Part shown: positions 59,468 to 64,000 of the stretch, one piece after another
Layout: the number at the start of each line of letters is the position of its first letter
How positions within the stretch are numbered: position 1 is the first letter of the stretch
NCBI GenBank assembly: GCA_045588485.1
Contig: JAZNEI010000039.1
Span: 9,765-73,764 of the forward strand
Origin: Bacteroidaceae bacterium
GTDB lineage: Bacteria > Bacteroidota > Bacteroidia > Bacteroidales > Bacteroidaceae
Length of the DNA: 64,000 nucleotides
Direction of reading: 5' to 3'
Made by a program: the position numbers and the translations under genes
Notes under the pieces: generated by a model
Database searches by the model: none
The model's input: only the letters and a program-made list of their open reading frames with translations
What the model was told of the DNA's origin: nothing

Positions 59468-59752
59468 CTACTCCTCATTATCTTTGAATTTATCTTTCAT
59501 CTTACTGCTTGGACGAAAAGAGGGTACAATCTTTGGAGGTATCAACATTCGTTGTCCCGTTTTTGGATTTACCGATATTCTCTCACGACGCATTTTTACT
59601 TCAAAAACACCGAACCCGGAGATATTTATCTGGTCATTCTCTTTTAACCTATCAGTAAGCAGTTCAACAAGCCCATCAACAGCAGCTGTGGTCTCTGCTA
59701 CCGACATCTTATTACGCTGAGCCAATTTTCCGACAAACTCTTTGTTATTCAT
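59468..59752 (-). CDS. HU-family DNA-binding protein
   Basis: 94 aa. ISGFGVFEVKMRRERISVNPKTGQRMLIPPK is the canonical HU/IHF arm. Confidence 0.9.
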   Translation of the reverse strand: MNNKEFVGKLAQRNKMSVAETTAAVDGLVELLTDRLKENDQINISGFGVFEVKMRRERISVNPKTGQRMLIPPKIVPSFRPSSKMKDKFKDNEE

Positions 59753-59780
59753 TTTTACTCCTTTCGACCTATGATTGCAA

Positions 59781-61082
59781 TCAAGAAACTACTCTACCCA
59801 TAAGGTCGAATTCTGTTGCATCGTCTATCTTTACATTATAGAAATTGCCAATTTCCAACTCTCCATCGCTTATAGGAACAAGCACCTCGGTGTCTACATC
59901 GGGCGAGTCGAATTCTGTGCGTCCAACATAATATTCACCCTCAACACGATCGATTATAGTCTTGAATGTCTTACCTACTTTCTCGTAGTTCAGATTCGAA
60001 GATATTCTTTGTTGAATATCCATAAGACGGTCGAGACGCTCTTGTTTTTTCTTCCGGGAAACACTGTCACGATAATTCAGTGCGGCATACGTACCATCCT
60101 CTTCGCTGTATGAGAATGCTCCAAGGCGGTCGAATTTCGCCCATTTGACAAACTCGATAAGTTCTTCGAACTCTTTTTCGGTCTCTCCCGGGAAGCCTAC
60201 CATCATAGTTGTACGCAGACAAATACCGGGAACCTCGTTACGCATTCTCTCGATCAAAGCGTATGTATCTTCTTTTGTCACCTGACGCAACATCTTTTTG
60301 AGAATCTTTGTACTCACGTGCTGAAGTGCAATGTCAAGATATTTGCAGACATTATCCCTCTCGCGCATAACACGCAAAAGCTCATAAGGGAAATTTGCCG
60401 GATAGGCATAGTGCAGACGAATCCACTCTACCCCTTCTATATCCGAAATTCTCTCTACAAGCTCGGCAATACTCTGCTTTTTATAAATATCGACACCATA
60501 GAAAGTAAGTTCCTGAGCAATAATTTGGAACTCTTTCACTCCCTGAGACACAAGATAACGTACCTCGTCTAAAATCTCTTCCATTGGTCGCGATACGTGG
60601 CTGCCTGTGATGATGGGAATAGCACAATATGCACATCGGCGGTTGCATCCCTCTGAGATTTTAAGGAAAGCATAATGACCCGGAGTTGTTATAATACGCT
60701 CATTGGCAATCTGTGGCTTATACTCTTTTTTCAGGTCGGATAAAAGCTCGTTCCAATTGAATTTCCCATAAAAACGGTCGACCTGCGAAATCTCCTCTCG
60801 AAGTTCTTCGAGATAACGTTCCGAGAGGCATCCCATAACATAAAGACGCTCGAGGTCGCCCTCTTCTTTACGTTGGCAAAACTCAAGAATCATATTTATC
60901 GACTCTTCTTTTGCATCACCGATGAATCCACAGGTATTTATCACTGCTATTTCGCCCTCAGGCTCTTCGGTATCGTGCGTTACCTCGTAACCGCACTCCT
61001 GTAACTGACGCATAAGATGCTCCGAATCGACAAGATTCTTGGAGCATCCCATTGTTATTATATCAACTCTGTTTTTTATCAT
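59781..61082 (-). CDS. rimO: Ribosomal protein S12 methylthiotransferase
   Basis: 433 aa. MGCSKN N-terminus, radical-SAM CNRRCAYC and a C-terminal TRAM domain. Confidence 0.95.
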   Translation of the reverse strand: MIKNRVDIITMGCSKNLVDSEHLMRQLQECGYEVTHDTEEPEGEIAVINTCGFIGDAKEESINMILEFCQRKEEGDLERLYVMGCLSERYLEELREEISQVDRFYGKFNWNELLSDLKKEYKPQIANERIITTPGHYAFLKISEGCNRRCAYCAIPIITGSHVSRPMEEILDEVRYLVSQGVKEFQIIAQELTFYGVDIYKKQSIAELVERISDIEGVEWIRLHYAYPANFPYELLRVMRERDNVCKYLDIALQHVSTKILKKMLRQVTKEDTYALIERMRNEVPGICLRTTMMVGFPGETEKEFEELIEFVKWAKFDRLGAFSYSEEDGTYAALNYRDSVSRKKKQERLDRLMDIQQRISSNLNYEKVGKTFKTIIDRVEGEYYVGRTEFDSPDVDTEVLVPISDGELEIGNFYNVKIDDATEFDLMGRVVS

Positions 61083-61085
61083 TTT

Positions 61086-62039
61086 TTATCCGAAAAGAGA
61101 ATCAACAAATTCCATACGGTTAAATACCTGAAGATGGTCCATGCCCTCGCCAAGTCCTATATACTTTACAGGTATCTTGAATTGGTCGCTGATACCTATA
61201 ACGACACCTCCTTTTGCGGTACCATCGAGTTTTGTTATTGCAAGGGATGTCACTTCGGTCGCTTTTGTAAACTGTTTTGCCTGCTCAAAGGCATTCTGTC
61301 CTGTTGAGCCGTCAAGAACAAGAAGTACATCGTTCGGCGCATCGGGAAGCACCTTCTTCATAACATTCTTGATTTTTGTAAGCTCATTCATAAGACCCAC
61401 TTTGTTATGCAGACGACCGGCAGTATCAATTATTACTACATCGGCATTATTGGCGACGGCCGATGCAAGGGTATCGTATGCCACCGATGCAGGGTCGGAA
61501 CCCATATTCTGCTTAACAACGGGAACATCGGCACGACGGCCCCACTCTACAAGTTGCTCAACTGCTGCTGCACGGAACGTATCGGCCGCACCAAGATATA
61601 CCTTCTTACCGGCTTTCTTGAACTGATGGGCCAATTTTCCTATTGTGGTGGTTTTTCCGACACCATTTACGCCCACTACCATAATCACATAGGGGTTACC
61701 GGGTGTTGTAGGAAAGTCGAAAGAGCCACTGTCGGCAGTGTTATTCTCCATTAGCAATTCGGCAATCTCCTCTTTCAACAGTCGGTTCAACTCCTTTGTA
61801 TTCATATACTTGTCACGTGCAGCACGCGACTGTATACGCTCAATTATCTTAAGTGTTGTCTCAACACCTACGTCCGAGGTAACAAGTACTTCCTCAAGGT
61901 TATCGAGAACATCGTCATCAATTTCGGTCTTACCAACAATTGCACGTGCAATTTTGCCAAACACGCTCTCCTTGGTTTTTGATAGTCCTTGGTCGAGGAC
62001 CTCTTTTTTATCTTTAGAAAAGAAACTAAAAAATCCCAT
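61086..62039 (-). CDS. ftsY: Signal recognition particle receptor
   Basis: 317 aa. GVNGVGKTTTIGKLA, DTAGRL and TKLDGTAKGG. Confidence 0.95.
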   Translation of the reverse strand: MGFFSFFSKDKKEVLDQGLSKTKESVFGKIARAIVGKTEIDDDVLDNLEEVLVTSDVGVETTLKIIERIQSRAARDKYMNTKELNRLLKEEIAELLMENNTADSGSFDFPTTPGNPYVIMVVGVNGVGKTTTIGKLAHQFKKAGKKVYLGAADTFRAAAVEQLVEWGRRADVPVVKQNMGSDPASVAYDTLASAVANNADVVIIDTAGRLHNKVGLMNELTKIKNVMKKVLPDAPNDVLLVLDGSTGQNAFEQAKQFTKATEVTSLAITKLDGTAKGGVVIGISDQFKIPVKYIGLGEGMDHLQVFNRMEFVDSLFG

Positions 62040-62054
62040 AGTAATAGTAATAAT

Positions 62055-63836
62055 TTAATCAAGTTTAAGTACTGCGAGGAATGCCTTCTGTGGCACCTCT
62101 ACGTTACCAATCTGCTTCATACGTTTCTTACCCTTCTTCTGTTTCTCGAGCAGTTTACGTTTTCGCGATACGTCGCCACCATAGCACTTTGCTGTCACAT
62201 CCTTACGCACCTGTTTAATCGTTTCACGCGCAATAATCTTTGTACCAATGGCGGCTTGAAGCGCTACATCGAACTGCTGTCGGGGAATAAGGTCACGTAA
62301 TTTCTCGCACATCTGTCGTCCAAGGCCATAGGCATTGTCGACGTGAGTAAGCGTCGAAAGAGCATCCACAGGTTCTCCGTTGAGCAGGATATCGAGTTTA
62401 ATCAGTTTCGACGTGCGGTATCCGGCCGAGTGATAATCGAACGATGCGTATCCCTTTGATATACTCTTTAGTTTATCGTAGAAATCTATTACAATCTCGC
62501 CCAATGGCAAAAGGAAGCTTATATCTACACGGTTACCGGTGATAAAATCCTGCTTCTGAAGCTCACCACGCTTGCCAAGACAAAGTGTCATAATTGGTCC
62601 GATGTACTCGGCACGGGTAATTATGCTTGCCTGTATATATGGTTCTTCGATATGGTCTATTAATGTCTGGTCGGGCATACCGCCGGGATTATGAACTTCC
62701 TGCACACCGCCCTGCTTGTCATAAACCATATACGATACGTTGGGTACGGTGGTTATGACACTCATATCGAACTCGCGGTCGAGACGCTCCTGTACAATCT
62801 CCATGTGCAGAAGTCCCAAAAATCCGCAACGGAATCCGAATCCCAATGCAGCCGACGACTCGGGAGTAAATGTAAGCGAAGCATCGTTAAGCTGCAGTTT
62901 CTCAAGCGACGAACGAAGGTCTTCATAATCTTCGGCATCAATAGGATATACACCCGCAAAGACCATTGGCTTTACCTCTTCGAATCCTGCAATCGCCGAA
63001 GAACAAGGGCGTGCTATATGAGTGATTGTATCACCCACCTTAACCTCGCGAGAGGTCTTTATTCCCGAGATGATATAACCTACATCACCTGTACGCAACT
63101 CATCACGCGGAGAAAGCTCCATCTTAAGCACTCCTACCTCATCGGCATCATACTCCTTACCGGTATTAAAGAATTTAACCTTGTCACCCTTACGTATAAC
63201 ACCATTTATAACCTTGAAATAGGCAATGATTCCGCGGAACGAGTTGAATACCGAATCGAATATAAGTGCTTGCAGAGGGGCATTCTCATCACCTTTTGGC
63301 GAGGGGATACGTTCAACGACAGCCTGCAGAATCTCCTCGACTCCCATACCGGTCTTTCCCGAAGCCTCAATAATATCTTCACGGTCGCAACCAATTAGGT
63401 CGACAATCTCATCTTTTACCTCCTCGGGCATTGCATTGACCATATCACACTTGTTTATAACAGGAATTATTTCAAGATCCTGATCTATAGCCATATAAAG
63501 ATTCGAAATTGTCTGTGCCTGCACGCCTTGTGTAGCATCTACCACCAACAGCGCACCCTCGCAGGCGGCAATAGAGCGCGACACCTCATACGAGAAGTCG
63601 ACGTGTCCCGGAGTATCAATGAGATTAAGTATATATTTTTCGCCTTTGTAATTGTATTCCATCTGAATAGCGTGGCTCTTTATAGTAATTCCACGCTCTT
63701 TCTCCAAATCCATATTATCGAGCATCTGCCCCTCGGTTACCTTGATGGTCTGCGTAAATTCGAGCAGACGGTCGGCAAGAGTAGATTTTCCGTGGTCGAT
63801 GTGAGCAATAATGCAAAAGTTTCTGATTTTCTCCAT
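62055..63836 (-). CDS. lepA: Translation elongation factor 4
   Basis: Start moved to [24 protein letters not shown]-domain motifs DTPGH and NKCD, and the LepA C-terminal domain. Confidence 0.97.
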   Translation of the reverse strand: MEKIRNFCIIAHIDHGKSTLADRLLEFTQTIKVTEGQMLDNMDLEKERGITIKSHAIQMEYNYKGEKYILNLIDTPGHVDFSYEVSRSIAACEGALLVVDATQGVQAQTISNLYMAIDQDLEIIPVINKCDMVNAMPEEVKDEIVDLIGCDREDIIEASGKTGMGVEEILQAVVERIPSPKGDENAPLQALIFDSVFNSFRGIIAYFKVINGVIRKGDKVKFFNTGKEYDADEVGVLKMELSPRDELRTGDVGYIISGIKTSREVKVGDTITHIARPCSSAIAGFEEVKPMVFAGVYPIDAEDYEDLRSSLEKLQLNDASLTFTPESSAALGFGFRCGFLGLLHMEIVQERLDREFDMSVITTVPNVSYMVYDKQGGVQEVHNPGGMPDQTLIDHIEEPYIQASIITRAEYIGPIMTLCLGKRGELQKQDFITGNRVDISFLLPLGEIVIDFYDKLKSISKGYASFDYHSAGYRTSKLIKLDILLNGEPVDALSTLTHVDNAYGLGRQMCEKLRDLIPRQQFDVALQAAIGTKIIARETIKQVRKDVTAKCYGGDVSRKRKLLEKQKKGKKRMKQIGNVEVPQKAFLAVLKLD

Positions 63837-64000
63837 AATTCCGTATTCTATCTTCTTAATTGCAACACTATTATACACATTTGTGCATAATAAAGAGCAT
63901 TTTACATTTTCAGCCGCGAAGATACAAATAAAAATCTAAATTATATTTATAATTTATTAATATATAACACAAAAAAGTGAGTTATGTTTTACAGATTACC

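Overview
This is a 64-kb chromosomal segment of a Bacteroidales-type genome. Supporting signs are the TAnnTTTG -7 promoter boxes, a complete MoxR/DUF58/BatA-E aerotolerance operon, and SusC/D-less glycoside hydrolase genes. I call about 53 protein genes and one tRNA-Ser(CGA). Most are housekeeping: pheT, a yebC-like gene, nagB, gyrA, trmD, pyrD/pyrK, holA, rimO, ftsY, lepA, HU, and a nif3-like gene. There is also a glycan-degradation cluster (GH43, nagB, GH125, an EEP-SGNH fusion, GH97). I see no rRNA, no CRISPR array, and no recognisable defence, secretion or prophage module. The only clearly accessory stretch is an AT-rich island of about 3.5 kb (27.76-31.27 kb) between a 3'-damaged dus-like gene and an aminotransferase gene. 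It holds an IS1595-family transposase with candidate 22-bp inverted repeats. It also holds three strongly self-complementary non-coding modules (E1-E3) with Bacteroidetes-type promoter boxes nearby, several sub-60-aa ORFs, and an AT-rich lipoprotein gene. This island is my best candidate for something undescribed, such as an IS-associated or stand-alone structured RNA and a riboswitch-like leader. The evidence is only pairing and motifs read by eye, so MITEs or decayed mobile DNA remain fully possible. Other items worth a second look:
- a 56-codon proline-rich ORF in frame directly behind the TGA stop of a DUF4251-like gene;
- a 3 x 46-bp tandem repeat carrying a 15-nt copy of the adjacent tRNA-Ser 3' end;
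- a 0.9-kb ORF-free AT-rich gap with a duplicated promoter-like 14-mer;
- two HU-fold/TM/peptidoglycan-binding (SPOR or LysM) membrane proteins.

All functional calls are from motif recognition, not database searches.
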